A stretch of DNA of 63,217 bases, the filler included, from Octopus bimaculoides (Eukaryota): NCBI RefSeq assembly GCF_001194135.2. It is 8 parts of 6 records of this genome, joined end to end, with 100 filler letters (N's around TTAATTAATTAA, not from the genome) between each part and the next. Parts side by side here need not be neighbours in the genome. Positions count along the whole stretch, not along the records: positions 40,033 to 53,239 come from NC_068983.1; positions 53,340 to 57,875 come from NC_068983.1; positions 57,976 to 59,957 come from NC_068999.1; positions 60,058 to 62,100 come from NC_068981.1; positions 62,201 to 63,217 come from NC_068986.1; 3 more parts are not named here. One strand, 5' to 3'. The notes under the pieces were generated by a model that saw only the letters and a list, made by a program, of their open reading frames with translations, was not told the origin of the DNA and made no database searches. Both the position numbers and the translations under genes were made by a program. Below are positions 50,373-63,196 of the stretch, piece by piece; within the stretch, counting starts at the first letter, position 1, and every line of letters begins with the position of its first letter.

Positions 50373-50600
50373 CAGTTTTCGTTGTAGTTGATATGTAATG
50401 GCAATAAGAATACCATTGGCGGTATTGGTGCTGACTTTAGCGGTAGTCTTGATGGTTTTCGTAATGAGGGTCATAGTTGGAAGGTGGGGTAGTGAGTGCT
50501 TCCTTTGTAATCCACAGGAGTCGTTGTTGCAGTGACAGTAGTAGTAGTAGTAGTAGTGGTAGTAGTAGCAGTAAATACAAGACTAAATGGATGAGCAGAT
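50000..50600. repeat. Degenerate trinucleotide (GGT/GTT/AGT) low-complexity tract
   Basis: Successive (GGT)n, (GTT)n and (AGT)n blocks, with several overlapping low-complexity ORFs. Confidence 0.75.
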
Positions 50601-50719
50601 ACGCTTTTTGTATTAGGGACAATCAGTCTTAAAAGTGTGTGTGTGTGTGTGTGTGTGTACATCAATAGGCAATCAGATATATGTATGCAAATGTATCTCT
50701 CTCTCTCTCTCTCTCTCTT

Positions 50720-51068
50720 TGGTTAGAAGCTTACTTCCCAACCCATTTTTCCTGGTTCAGTCCGGCTGTGTGGCACCTTGGGCAAGTTGTACTATAGCCT
50801 CGGGCCGACCAAAGCCTTGTGAGTGGATTTGGCAGACAGAAACAGAAAGAATCCCGTCGTATATATGTGTGTGTGTGTGTGTTTGTGTTTTCCCTAACCA
50901 TTGCTTGACAACCGATGTTGGTGTGTTTACGTCCCTGTAACTTAACGTTTTGGCAAAGAGACCAATAGAATAAGCACCAGGCTAACAAAGAATAAATTCA
51001 GGGGTCGATTTCTTCGACTAAAAGGCGGTGCTCCAGCATGGCCACAGTCAAATGACTGAAACAAGTAA
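50720..51068 (+). mobile_element. SINE family A, full length (reference copy)
   Basis: tRNA-like head (GGTTCAGTCC), CORE-like GGCACCTTGGGCAAGT, internal (TG)n, and tail AAGGCGGTGCTCCAGCATGGCCACAGTCAAATGACTGAAACAAG. Confidence 0.9.
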
Positions 51069-51223
51069 AATAATAATATATATATATACACACACATATA
51101 TATACGCTCTTTTCTACTTATAGGTACAAGACCTATATATTAATTTATACACATACAGACATACATGCATCCATACTTATATGCATGCATACATACATAC
51201 ATACATACATACATACATACATA

Positions 51224-52057
51224 ACCACCAAGAGTCGAAGTGCATCTTTTGACCAAGTTTGCATACATGAGGCTGATAACATCATAAGACTCGGAAGGCA
51301 GCTCCTTGAGGAACATTCTTTGTCTGATAACCTAGAATACATGTCCAAAGAAGTAGCACAACTCTACCACAACTTATCTTCACATGAAAGGATGAGCATA
51401 TATGAGCTGAAGACTATGCATGGATACGTTAGAAGAAAGCTCCGACATTGATCATCAAAGCAGTCCATCATGGACCAATAGCCGGATTATTACCTCCCAC
51501 TTTGAAAGAGATGTGTTTGCAAACCAGGAACAGGAAATATTGGGATAGAGGAGTGAAAATGTGCACAGCTGCTCGAAATTAGCTTCCCAGCGGATGTTAA
51601 CATAACATTGAAGATCAGTGAAAAAGAGAGCACCTATGCTGAACTATTGAGAAATCTGCAGTTATTCTATCCAGATTACAAGTTCAGGTTTATACCTGTA
51701 ATTATTGGGACCCTGGGATATGTAACACACTACCTAAATACCAGTCTTGAGAAATTAGGCTTCTCAAAACCAGAAAGGAAACAGCTAATTCGAAGACTAC
51801 AGATCCAATCCATCACTGGAACTGTAAAAAGCCGTAAAACTTTCCAGAAGTTTATCATTTAAATATATATGAGCATGTCTAGATATGTTACTATATGCAT
51901 GAGAACACACACCTAAAACATACAAATCTGCACATGTACATACATATATACATACAAAAACACCATGTTGTTGTTGAAATTCTAATGAATGGGTCTTGAC
52001 TCTAAGTTAGAAACCGGCTCTTTCTCTATTGGCAAGAAATCTTGAAATAAAACTGAA
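51224..52057 (+). mobile_element. R4/Dong-like RLE LINE, 5'-truncated and internally deleted
   Basis: ITSHFERDVFANQEQEI, then LEISFPADVNITLKISEKESTYAELLRNLQLFYPDYKFRFIPVIIGTLG...SITGTVK (ORF 51608-51862). (ACAT)n lies on both sides. Confidence 0.85.
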
Positions 52058-52075
52058 CATACATACATACATACA

Positions 52076-52106
<31 letters not shown>

Positions 52107-53339
52107 TAGTATGAATCCCATAATATATCTACTTTCACCATCATGGGTAATAATAGAAAATATGACAGACATACAATCGTTACAACTTAACTGTAATAAA
52201 ATCACGTGGTGTTTTTACAAAATGATAAAATGAATACTGACAGGACCTATTGGATAATGTAGTCCAACATACTTTTAAAAAGACGGAATGGTCACGGCTA
52301 GAACGTCGTTGATAGTAGTCCTCTCACTAGGGACTGATCTTAAGAGGTATTTTATACATTAAGACAGTTAACTAATCTGAAGGATTTTATTTAGGAGAAT
52401 GTTTTTGATAAAACTTAAGTAATTATTCGGAAATTATGGAAAAGGAAAGACGGTTTGCTGTGAATAATCTTCTCAATATGCTCTATTACATTTAATAATA
52501 TGGCAGTAATAAAACTATGTGGAGACAGTAGGGATACACGCGATTCAGGAGACCAGTTCGTACATTTTTCAAACACGTTAAAGAGCGGGAGATGAAGGGG
52601 AGATAAGCGGTTTATTAACCTCAAACGAAAAAAAAATGAATGGGAGCGGAGCAAAAACAACTGGTAATTCGATATAAACCTCATAAATATTTTAAGTGTC
52701 ATAAGTAACATAGTAAAATGATCTTCCACGTGAAACTAAGAGATTATATACATACATGCATACATATATACATATGTACTTTTGAAAGATTTATTATTAT
52801 TTATTTATTAATATATGTATTTGTTTTTGTTGTTAAAGCCTGTCTCTGTTTGTGAATATTTTATGTTCATGGAATTATAAAATGGTAGCCGAGAACAATT
52901 GGCTTTAGTAACATTACTATCTGATGGTCTCCCGATAGTATTATTAATGTACACACCTGTAACAAGAAACCAGAAATTTTGACAAATTGATGGATTGTGG
53001 ATATATTGGCCAATAAAACATATTCAAATACAAGACCTGTACAACTGTGTGTGTGTGTAAGGTATATATATGTGTATGTGTATCTGTGTCCATGTGTGTG
53101 TGTGTATTTGTATGTGTGTGTGTGAGTAATGTTAATGGCGCTTGCATAATCACAGTGTAGTTAAATTAGATTGAATTGGTTTTTATATTAAAAAGATTTC
53201 ATGGTGAAGTACACACACACATACACAGACATATATATANNNNNNNNNNNNNNNNNNNNNNNNNNNNNNNNNNNNNNNNNNNNTTAATTAATTAANNNNN
53301 NNNNNNNNNNNNNNNNNNNNNNNNNNNNNNNNNNNNNNN

Positions 53340-53390
<51 letters not shown>

Positions 53391-53941
53391 GCGTGTGTGT
53401 GTGCGCGCGCGCGTTCTCTAATAGTTGCTTCAACTACTGGAATGCGGCAAGGCTGAAATACCACTCTGAACTGTTTAGAGGAATGAATCGTCCACAGAAC
53501 CTACATTTTTTAAGTCTCGTACTTTTTCTATCGTTATCCTTTGTCGAACCACTACGTTTGGAGAACGTAAGCAAAATATTAACAGTTCTCAAAGACCCCT
53601 GTCAAGGCAAAATTGTTCAATCCGGGTCTTGCGTAAAAAGAAACGACTCAGTAGAACTAAATCGAAAACCGTAACTCGAAATCCTTGAATTTAGCTTCAG
53701 TGCTTTAGACGAGTTTATGGTTGGTGATGTCATTGTTACGTGAAATTCAACGAGTAGAATGGAATAGTGTTTTCTTCAAAGCTAAAAATCACTACTCGGA
53801 GTTTGCCTCCTCGATCCATTTACGACTGACTTCATAATCAATGAAGCTTATTTTCAAATATACCAATGAATTGCTTATCCCTACCATGTGCAAACTGCGA
53901 CTTTCTCAATGGTACACCGAACGAAGCATTACCTTGAATAA

Positions 53942-54173
53942 GGCGGAGAGGTGGCAGAAACGTTAGCACGCTGGGCGAGATACTTAGCGGCATTTCGTCT
54001 GTCTTTACGTTCTGAGTTCAAATTCCACCGAGGTTGACTTTGCCTTTCATCCTTTCGGGGTTCATTAATGAAGTACCAGTTACGCATTGGGGTCGATGTA
54101 ATCGACTTAATCCCTTTCTCTGTCCATGTTTGTTCCCTCTATGTTTACCCCCCCCCCGTGGGCAATAAAGGGA

Positions 54174-54175
<2 letters not shown>
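53942..54175 (+). mobile_element. SINE family B
   Basis: Near-identical to 42703-42932. Confidence 0.9.
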
Positions 54176-54270
<95 letters not shown>

Positions 54271-54294
54271 TTGTATGATGTAGTTCTCTCAGTT

Positions 54295-54425
54295 AGCGAC
54301 TACCAAATCAACTAAGAAGGCTTTTGTCGACCCAAGGCTATAGTAAAAGACACTTGCCCATGGTGCTACGTAGTTGGAGTAAACCCAGAACCATGTGGTC
54401 GGGAAGCTAACTTCTTACCGCGCAG
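54295..54425 (-). mobile_element. SINE family A head, degenerate
   Basis: GGCTATAGTAAAAGACACTTGCCCATGGTGC...AAACCCAGAACCATGTGG. Confidence 0.75.
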
Positions 54426-54461
54426 CAACTATAAGAGAAGTACAGAGACATAGCAATTTCA

Positions 54462-54493
<32 letters not shown>

Positions 54494-55005
54494 ATACATA
54501 CACACACACATGCCCAATACGAGTGTAGATTACCACTGTGTTGAACTTAACAAGCACCAGCATTTCTGCTAATGGAATGTGATGATTTGGAGTTACTGAA
54601 TTTCAATGGCCGTTCTTCTGTTCATTGGTTACATTTGAAGTTACTTCTCTGATGTGCGATTTGTATTCAGACAGCTTACTTCAGCTGGTAATTAATCACA
54701 GCATCAAACTTATTTCTTTCTCCTTGTCTCTCTCTCTCTCTTTCTCTCTCTATCTTCCTCTCCACCCTCTGTCTCTCTCTCCCTCACACACACACACACA
54801 CGCATACTCAGACTGTCAAGCATTTTTCTCCCTCTCACTCATTATTGATATATGTATGTGTGTGTTTATGTATGCATATACATCCATATAATAAGAGGAA
54901 TAAAAGTTGTACACACACACACATATATATATATATACATGCATGCATGCTTAAGCATATATATGGTAGACATCTATGCGCGTNNNNNNNNNNTATATGT
55001 ATATA

Positions 55006-55059
<54 letters not shown>

Positions 55060-55129
55060 CACACAAATATATGCATCAAGAGAGATCGATCGAGCGCTCG
55101 TTAGATAGATAGATAGATAAAGAAAGAAA

Positions 55130-55207
55130 GAGTGAAAGATAGATAGATAGATAAATCGATAGACGTGTCGACAGACAGACAGACAGACAGATACATACAT
55201 ACATACA

Positions 55208-55241
<34 letters not shown>

Positions 55242-55715
55242 GACAGATAGATCGCTGTCTCTTTGGTATGATTACTATTATCATGATGATGAATATTAGC
55301 ATCATCATCCTCATCATCCTCATCATTGTCGTCGCCGACATGGTTGCCTTCGTCGTCATCATCATCATCATCATCATCACCGCCACCGCCACCACTACTA
55401 CTACTACTACCACTAACTATTATTAGACCTCAACCACAATCGCTACCACTACCAGCACTAACACAACAACCATCATCAGCAACATCATCATCATCATCAT
55501 CATCATCATATCAACATCTTACACAATAACATTATCGCTAAGAATTAACCACTTCTAGTAGTTTTTTTGTTGTTTTTTTTCTGTATTGTCTGTAACAGTC
55601 GTCTGAAGTAAGAAGTTTTCATCGAAGGTTGACCTTTCCTCAGTTTCCGAGAGAAACATCTTCTCTCTCTCCTTCCTTCTCTCTCTCCTTCCTTCTCTCT
55701 TTCCCAATGTCTCTT

Positions 55716-55775
<60 letters not shown>

Positions 55776-56160
55776 CCTCTCTCTCTCGCTCTCAATGTTG
55801 TCGTCATCGTCAACCTAATCATCGCCGCCATTGTCATCTTTGACAGTAATTATTTGTCGTATCTGTTTTGTTGTTTTGCTTTCAATATGTGTGTTTTTAT
55901 CCTGTTATTTTCGTTTTGCCACAGAAGATGTCATTCTTCTTGCTCCTTGGCTTGTTCTCATTGTATTGTCATCTTTGTTGTTTGCCAATTTTTGATATTT
56001 TTGGTCTCTTATCTGCTGTTTTGTATTCTTTTATTTATCGCCACCACCACCACCACCACCATCATCATCACCACCGTCCTCATCATTATCGTTATTATTA
56101 TCATTATTATTGTTATTGTTATTATTATTATTATTATTATTATTGTTGTTATGTTTGTGT
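55130..56160. repeat. Mosaic of microsatellites (AGAT, AGAC, ACAT, CAT, CAC, CT, ATT)
   Basis: Directly visible; the overlapping ORFs are homopolymeric. Confidence 0.9.
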
Positions 56161-56504
56161 TTGTGCAAACCGTTTGATGAATAAACATAGATACAATATC
56201 AATATTTGACAGCCTGGAAATATTGCAGTGATTTCAAAGAATATATATCTATTTTATATAAAATATTTTTTTTAGTTACATCATTGTTTAACTTGCAGCC
56301 ACCCATTGATCGGGAAGGCGCTTAACCTAAGTGGTTGCTGCATTCGCTTAATATTCGTAAAAGTAAACAGTTCAATTTCTGAACTGATTTACTCATTCTT
56401 TCTTTGAGTATCACAGTTTATTTCACTTTGCTGCAGTCTATTCAAATATTAGCTGTACCACCCAAGCGGTGATGCAGCGGTCTGTCCCTCCGGGTGTCAT
56501 ATTC

Positions 56505-56680
56505 TGTATGTACCTCATGGTTCCGAGTTTAGTCTCACTGCGTGGCGCCTTGCGCAAGTGTCTTCTACTATAGCATCGGACATGCCTCGCAGCAATTTGT
56601 TCCACCGCTGTACATTCTGAGTTCAAATGCTGCCGAGGTCAACTTTGTTTATTATCATACTGCGGTCGATGTAATCTTGT
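56505..56680 (+). mobile_element. Family A SINE head joined to a family B SINE body
   Basis: CATGGTTCCGAGTTTAGTCTCACTGCGTGGCGCCTTGCGCAAGTGTCTTCTACTATAGC, then TTCTGAGTTCAAATGCTGCCGAGGTCAACTTTG. Confidence 0.6.
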
Positions 56681-56887
56681 TTTAGAAATTGCTGTTTCGA
56701 GTAATTTCGAGGAGGCTGAGATGATGTCTATGTTTTCTCGAGGCTACATAAACACTTACAATTGTTAGTCAAAGACTGCTACATGTTAATATACCATATA
56801 TACTCACGAGGGACAGCTGATTATACATTATTAACCATGTTGTAGACATTTGAGAAACAATGTTCTAAATGTGACTGCTCTGTACTC

Positions 56888-57423
56888 TTTTACTTGTTTC
56901 TGTCATTTGACTGCGGCCATGGTGGAGCACCGCCCTTAGTCGAGCAAATCGACCCCAGGACTTATTATTTGTAAGCCTAGTACTTATTCTATCGGTCTTC
57001 TTTGCCGAACCGCTAAGTTACGGAGACATAAACACACCAACATCGGTTGTCAAGCGATGTTGGGGGACAAACACAGGTATACAAACATATACACATATAT
57101 ANNNNNNNNNNNNNNNNNNNNNNNNNNNNNNNNNNNNNNNNNNNNNNNNNNNNNNNNNNNNNNNNNNNNNNNNNNNNNNNNNNNNNNNNNNNNNNNNNNN
57201 NNNNNNNNNNNNNNNNNNNNNNNNNNNNNNNNNNNNNNNNNNNNNNNNNNNNNNNNNTACGACGAGCTTCTTTCAGTTTCCGTCTACCAAATCCACTCAC
57301 AAAGCTTTGGTCGGCCCGAAGCTATAGTAGAAGACACTTGCCCAAAGTGCCAATCAGTGGGACTGAACCCAGAACCATGTGGTCGGTAAGCAAGCTACTT
57401 ACCACACAGCCACTCCTTCGCCT
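56888..57423 (-). mobile_element. SINE family A, full length, with its internal microsatellite in a gap
   Basis: Tail at 56888-57090, gap, head at 57258-57423. Confidence 0.88.
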
Positions 57424-57810
57424 GTAGTTCATTTGAAACTAATCTATCTAGATCTGAGGACGTTTATTTATTTAAGACTTTATGATTATATCCAATGGTG
57501 ATTTGGTTGCTATTTCTCGTAAGTCGAGCCACCAGTTACAGGTGCCCGTGTAGATCTTTGGGGCTATTAAGGGGAATATTTTTACTATGAAGTACGGTGG
57601 CTCGATATAATCGTTACAGCGAAAAATAAAATGTTTTGCGGCATTTCTGTTTTGGTTCGTAAATTCTACACTCAAACTACACTGGAATGAACTTTGTCTG
57701 ACATCCTTCTAGTCTGATAAAATGAAATGCAAGTTCTGACATCGATTTAATGCACAAACTTATCCCACCAATATTTGTCAAAATATATATACAATGTATA
57801 TATACATACC

Positions 57811-57875
<65 letters not shown>

Positions 57876-59746
57876 NNNNNNNNNNNNNNNNNNNNNNNNN
57901 NNNNNNNNNNNNNNNNNNNTTAATTAATTAANNNNNNNNNNNNNNNNNNNNNNNNNNNNNNNNNNNNNNNNNNNNATATGCATATGCATACACACATGCA
58001 TATATCTGTGTGCGTGTGTGTGTTTGTATAGACGTAGATATTCGTGCAGGTATATAGCGTTAGTACCCTCTGTACTATGATACATCTTTTTACTGTTTCG
58101 AGTGTGCATATATATCTATGCGTATATTTATGTACACTTAGACACATAGTTTCACGTTTCGGTTCACAGTTCAAAAACCTATATTTTATCAATAGAAAAA
58201 AATATATTAATATTAACATTAATATTAACGTTCTTATTCTTATTCTTATTATTGATCTTTTTCCTAACAACTTTGTAACCGTTTGTGTTTAACGTAGAAA
58301 CACCACACTTCAGATAATTTCACTGCCGGTAAACGCAAACCAAAGAACGTGAATATTTTAATTGGCAGGAGAAATTGCATTTTGATTCCGATAATATAAA
58401 AGAAACATATGATAATATTGTAACAGATATATGTAATAATAATGCAACACGTACATGCATGTGCTTTTTTGTTGTATTTATTTTAGTTTCTACATCCAAT
58501 ATGTTAGTGTATATATGTGTGTGTATGTATATATACAAATGCATGTATGTATATATATANNNNNNNNNNNNNNNNNNNNNNNNNNNNNNNNNNNNNNNNN
58601 NNNNNNNNNNNNNNNNNNNNNNNNNNNNNNNNNNNNNNNCACTTACATCCATATACACACACCCACTCATATATATATGCATATATATATATATACATAC
58701 ATACATACACGCTTACATCCATACACACTTACATCCATATACACACACCCACTCATATATATATGCATATATATATATATACACACACACGAAGCAGGTT
58801 TTCTTTGTCTTCTTATAGTAGGCTATCTTATGGGATGCAAACAGTTTGCATTTCCCAACCACTGCCAAAGATTAAAGAAACTAAATCCAGTCTAACGGAG
58901 CTTCATATGCCATACAAAGATGTTGAGTCTATCACTTCTTGACTAAATTAAATAGCCAATACTTATATGGTTAGAGGTAAAATATTTTGAAGGAATGAAG
59001 CAAAATAGTTTACGAAAATGAAAAGAGAACAACTGAAATCGTGTGTATCATTATTATATAGAACGAATCGAATGTAAAATATATATTAAAAAAATAGAAT
59101 ATTCGTCGGAAGTTCTATATATATGTGAAATTTACATTACATAATCAAGAATGCGATATACAAGCAGATTGTTGTCTTAAATTTACTAAATTATCATATG
59201 GTGTAGGGAATTAGTTGATAATGGTACAGCCCTCCCACGTGTGGATTGGAATAACGTAGTCACTATAAGTAAAGAGAAATACGTGAAGTACAGAAAGTAT
59301 GTTGTTGGCAGTCAAAGAGAGTCATGTCATTACCGGTTTAATAAGCATACTGTATATCGAAGTAAGCGTTATAACAATCAGACATAGTAGATGTTATAAC
59401 AGTGGCGACAAAGAAGTAAACAATTCACGATGAATTAATAAACTCAACGATGATGTAAGCAGCTCGAGAAATTAATTAACAACAGAAGCAAGAACAGCAA
59501 ATATTATTACAGTAACAAATGCTGCATTTACAAAATATACACTTCTATATTTCGGCCTACCCTGTAATTTATAACGCTATTGTCATTTACTAACTATATT
59601 CAATAAATAAATCTTCAAATAGGCACTAACTGGATAGGTGAAAGTAGGAACGATACTAATTAATCGCATCAGATAGAAATTAAATTACTGCAATGGAAAT
59701 CAACTTAGTTTATATTAGTGAACAACAGGCCAGTATGTATACAGGC

Positions 59747-59779
<33 letters not shown>

Positions 59780-59926
59780 ATTATGCGTGTGTGCGTGTGT
59801 CTGTACTCTGCGTGAGTGCGTGTGTGACCCGTCCTTGTTTTCTTTGTATCGTCTGTGTGGATGTTTTGCGTTCTTTATTTATATATACATTTTCATACAA
59901 TAACACACACACACACATATATATAC

Positions 59927-59957
<31 letters not shown>

Positions 59958-60056
59958 NNNNNNNNNNNNNNNNNNNNNNNNNNNNNNNNNNNNNNNNNNN
60001 NTTAATTAATTAANNNNNNNNNNNNNNNNNNNNNNNNNNNNNNNNNNNNNNNNNNN

Positions 60057-60167
<111 letters not shown>

Positions 60168-60174
60168 GTGATTC

Positions 60175-60300
60175 CTCATTCAGTCCCAAGATCAACAAAT
60201 TTGAGGGGAGCGGTTAAGTCGACTCAGGTACTTGGCTGGTACTTTATTTTATCGACACTAAAAGGATTAAAGGTAAAGTTGATCCCGGCAGGATTTGAAT
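60175..60300 (-). mobile_element. SINE family B, degenerate
   Basis: GGTACTTTATTTTATCGACACTAAAGGATTAAAGGTAAAGTTGATCCCGGCAGGATTTGAA. Confidence 0.65.
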
Positions 60301-60835
60301 ACAACATCAACAACAACAATCATAATATTTTCTTCATTTGTCACGAGGGCTTGAAGATGTACAATATCATACACTGCACCCTTAACAGGGGAGTTATAAA
60401 CACGTGGTGTGACAGACAAGGTGATCGAGAATGAGAGGAGCTGGGAGAGTTTCATACAAAAATTAAGGGGACGAGTTTGAAAATTTATGGCAGGATTCAA
60501 TTACATGGAATTAAAGAGCATAACAGAACGTACAATAATTACACACCCACACGCACACATACAAACGCACATACACACACACAAACACACATATCCACAA
60601 ACACACATACATACTCGCACATACCCACTCACTCACGCACACACACACGTACACAATACACTCACACATACACACACATACCCACGAACACACGTACACA
60701 CATACATACTCGCGCACACCCACACACTCATACACACACATACATACACAATCACACGCGTGCACACTCACACATGTACATATATATGTGTGTGTGTGCG
60801 TGTGTGTCTGCGTATTTGTGTATGTGTGGATGTTG

Positions 60836-60950
60836 TAGACACTTGCCTAAAGGCGTCAGTCCCACTGCGTGACACCCTTGGGCAAGTTTTTTCTTCTATA
60901 GCCTCGAGCCGACTAAAGCCTTGTAAGATGACGTAGTAGAGGGGAACTGA
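60836..60950 (+). mobile_element. SINE family A head with a short 5' inversion
   Basis: AGACACTTGCCTAAAGG (inverted) directly precedes TCAGTCCCACTGCGTGACACCCTTGGGCAAGT. Confidence 0.6.
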
Positions 60951-60999
60951 GAGACAATTATAATTCAATGTAGACGATACGAGTAGCAAATAGTTTCTT

Positions 61000-61600
61000 G
61001 TTTTAGAGATACGTTCCTTAGCAGATTTTTTCATAACACGCCTCGTGTCTACAAGCAATCTTCAGAGCCTGAGTTCATGGCGTATTCTGTTTGAACAGCT
61101 CGACGCTGGCATATGAGAAATTACGAGAAAAAAACGAGATGGTAGATTCAAAAGTTAGAAGGGGGAGTAAAAACGGAAAAAGAAATAAAAGAAAAGAAAA
61201 TTAGAGTGACGTCCTCATTTACCGTACAAGACCTAAATATAGAATGATTCAACGGTTATGGGGCCAAAGCCTGCGAGACAACTGCTGAATCCGGAGAGGG
61301 GGATGTCCTGTATGTCAAAAGAAATTTGTCCATGTATTTGCATTTGCTGAAAATCTCGGATCTGGAATTAAGTAGGGTGGTGGTATTTTTAATTCTAAAA
61401 ACATTGTGCGACCTTTCAGCTACGCACAAGTTGCATTTCTCAGATCCATTTACATATTGCATGGATTTCTCTACTATTCTCTACATGACTGTATCTGATG
61501 TGCAGTTGATTCTCAAACACCATATGTGGTGGGCCAACTTAGTAGCTTTCCTTTTGTCGATGGGCCGAAAAGAAGATAAGTGGTTTGCATAACATTGATT
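61000..61600 (-). mobile_element. PLE GIY-YIG C-terminus and 3' region
   Basis: KATKLAHHIWCLR..., then ORF 61256-61462 YVNGSEKCNLCVAE...LLNSRSEIFSKCKYMDKFLL. A weak HHR remnant (CTGAAGA TTGCTTGT...ACAAGAAAC) lies near 61000-61065. Confidence 0.75.
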
Positions 61601-62051
61601 TCGATAAACGGTATCCAAGGCACAATTAAAAGCACTTTTATACTCATATTTTTGAGAGGATATCCACTCCCCTCGAAAAAAAACACAGTAAATGTCTGTC
61701 GGCCTTCTTCGGCTTGTATCTGATCCTCAGCATCTTAGTCAGTCGAGTGAGATTACTGTGAAGAGATGCAGTTCTTGGGTGTTCTAATTGCTGCCTGACT
61801 GTGAGGGCGGGGTTTGTCTTTTTGTAACGGATTCCTGAATTATACTGGGTGCCACACACACACACAGATATGAACATACAAACGGGTGTGTATGTAGACA
61901 TCCAGAAAAAATACACTTTCAACGTTATACAAATATATTTATATTCCCTTATAAACTTATGTTTGTATGCGCATGTATATATAAATATTGCGGTACCTTG
62001 CAATTTTACTTTATTATATATATAAATATATACATGCGTGTGTATGTGTAT

Positions 62052-62100
<49 letters not shown>

Positions 62101-62200
62101 NNNNNNNNNNNNNNNNNNNNNNNNNNNNNNNNNNNNNNNNNNNNTTAATTAATTAANNNNNNNNNNNNNNNNNNNNNNNNNNNNNNNNNNNNNNNNNNNN

Positions 62201-62237
<37 letters not shown>

Positions 62238-62279
62238 TACATACATATATGTCTGTGTGTATATATATATATATATATA

Positions 62280-63158
62280 CGAGGTCTGATCAATAAGTAT
62301 CCGGACTGTTCTATAGTAACGAAGCTAAAGCACGCAGACTGAAACCGATTGACACAGATTGACCTTGAACTCTGTTGTGCATGCGCACTAAGTTTTAACG
62401 TTCTAGCTCACTTCCGCTGTTTACAGCAGTGCTTGGAAAGAACGTGTGTAGGATGTGATCGTCGCATTGACCAGAACAGAGAAAGTTGTCATGGGATACC
62501 TGTTCAGAGGCCTGCGCAAAGTTGCAGAAAGTGTATGGAGAGGAGTGTATGAGCCGCACACAAGTATATGAGTGGTTCAGACATTTCTAAGATGACCGAA
62601 AAAAATGTCGATATTGACTAATGTTCTGGGAGACCCGCAACTAGCAGAACTGAGAAAAACATTGCAGTTGTGCGAGCAGCTGTGAGGGGAAATCGTCGAA
62701 TCACCATCTGTGATTTATCAGAGGAAGTGCAGATTGGTTACAGTTCAGTTCAGTCCATTATCACTGAAGATTTGAGTATGAGACGCGTGTGTACTAAGTT
62801 TGTGCCCAAACTGCTTTCAGCTGACTCAAAAGACACTCGGACTTCAGTTGCATAAGATCTTGATTGTGTTGAGAACGATGAAAACTTTGTGTAGGCCTTT
62901 GAGCAGGTATCGCTAAACTTTTGGCAAAATTTGATGCAAATCTCAGCTCAACTTTCTCTGTCATGGTCAATGCGACGTTCACACGCTACACACCTTTCTT
63001 CCAAGCACAGCTGTAAACAGCAGAAGTGAGCTAGAACGTTAAAACTTTGTGTGCATGCCTAACAAAGTTCAAGGCCAATCTGTGCTAAGCGATTTCATTC
63101 TGCACGGTTTACCTTCGTTTGTATGGCAACAATCCGGATACTTGTCGATCAGACCACG
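62280..63158 (+). mobile_element. Mariner derivative bounded by two inverted copies of the left end (arms about 250 bp)
   Basis: TA-CGAGGTCTGATCAATAAGTATCCGGA ... TCCGGATACTTGTCGATCAGACCACG-TA. The interior encodes the transposase N-terminus (VYEWF, SGRP, RRITICDLSEEVQIGYSSVQSIITEDLSMRRVCTKFVPKLL). 62885-63158 is an inverted second 5' end beginning MTEKVE. Confidence 0.85.
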
Positions 63159-63162
63159 TATG

Positions 63163-63196
<34 letters not shown>

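Noticed and set aside
49995-50387. Membrane-protein-like hydrophobic ORF (also 55629-56177 and the poly-Leu ORFs at 31990 and 60010)
   Set aside because: The hydrophobicity comes from (GTG)n, (TTG)n, (ATT)n and (CT)n repeats.
58640-58790. Tandem duplication of about 50-70 bp (ACTTACATCCATATACACACACCCACTC)
   Set aside because: An ordinary minisatellite within AC/AT low-complexity DNA next to a gap.
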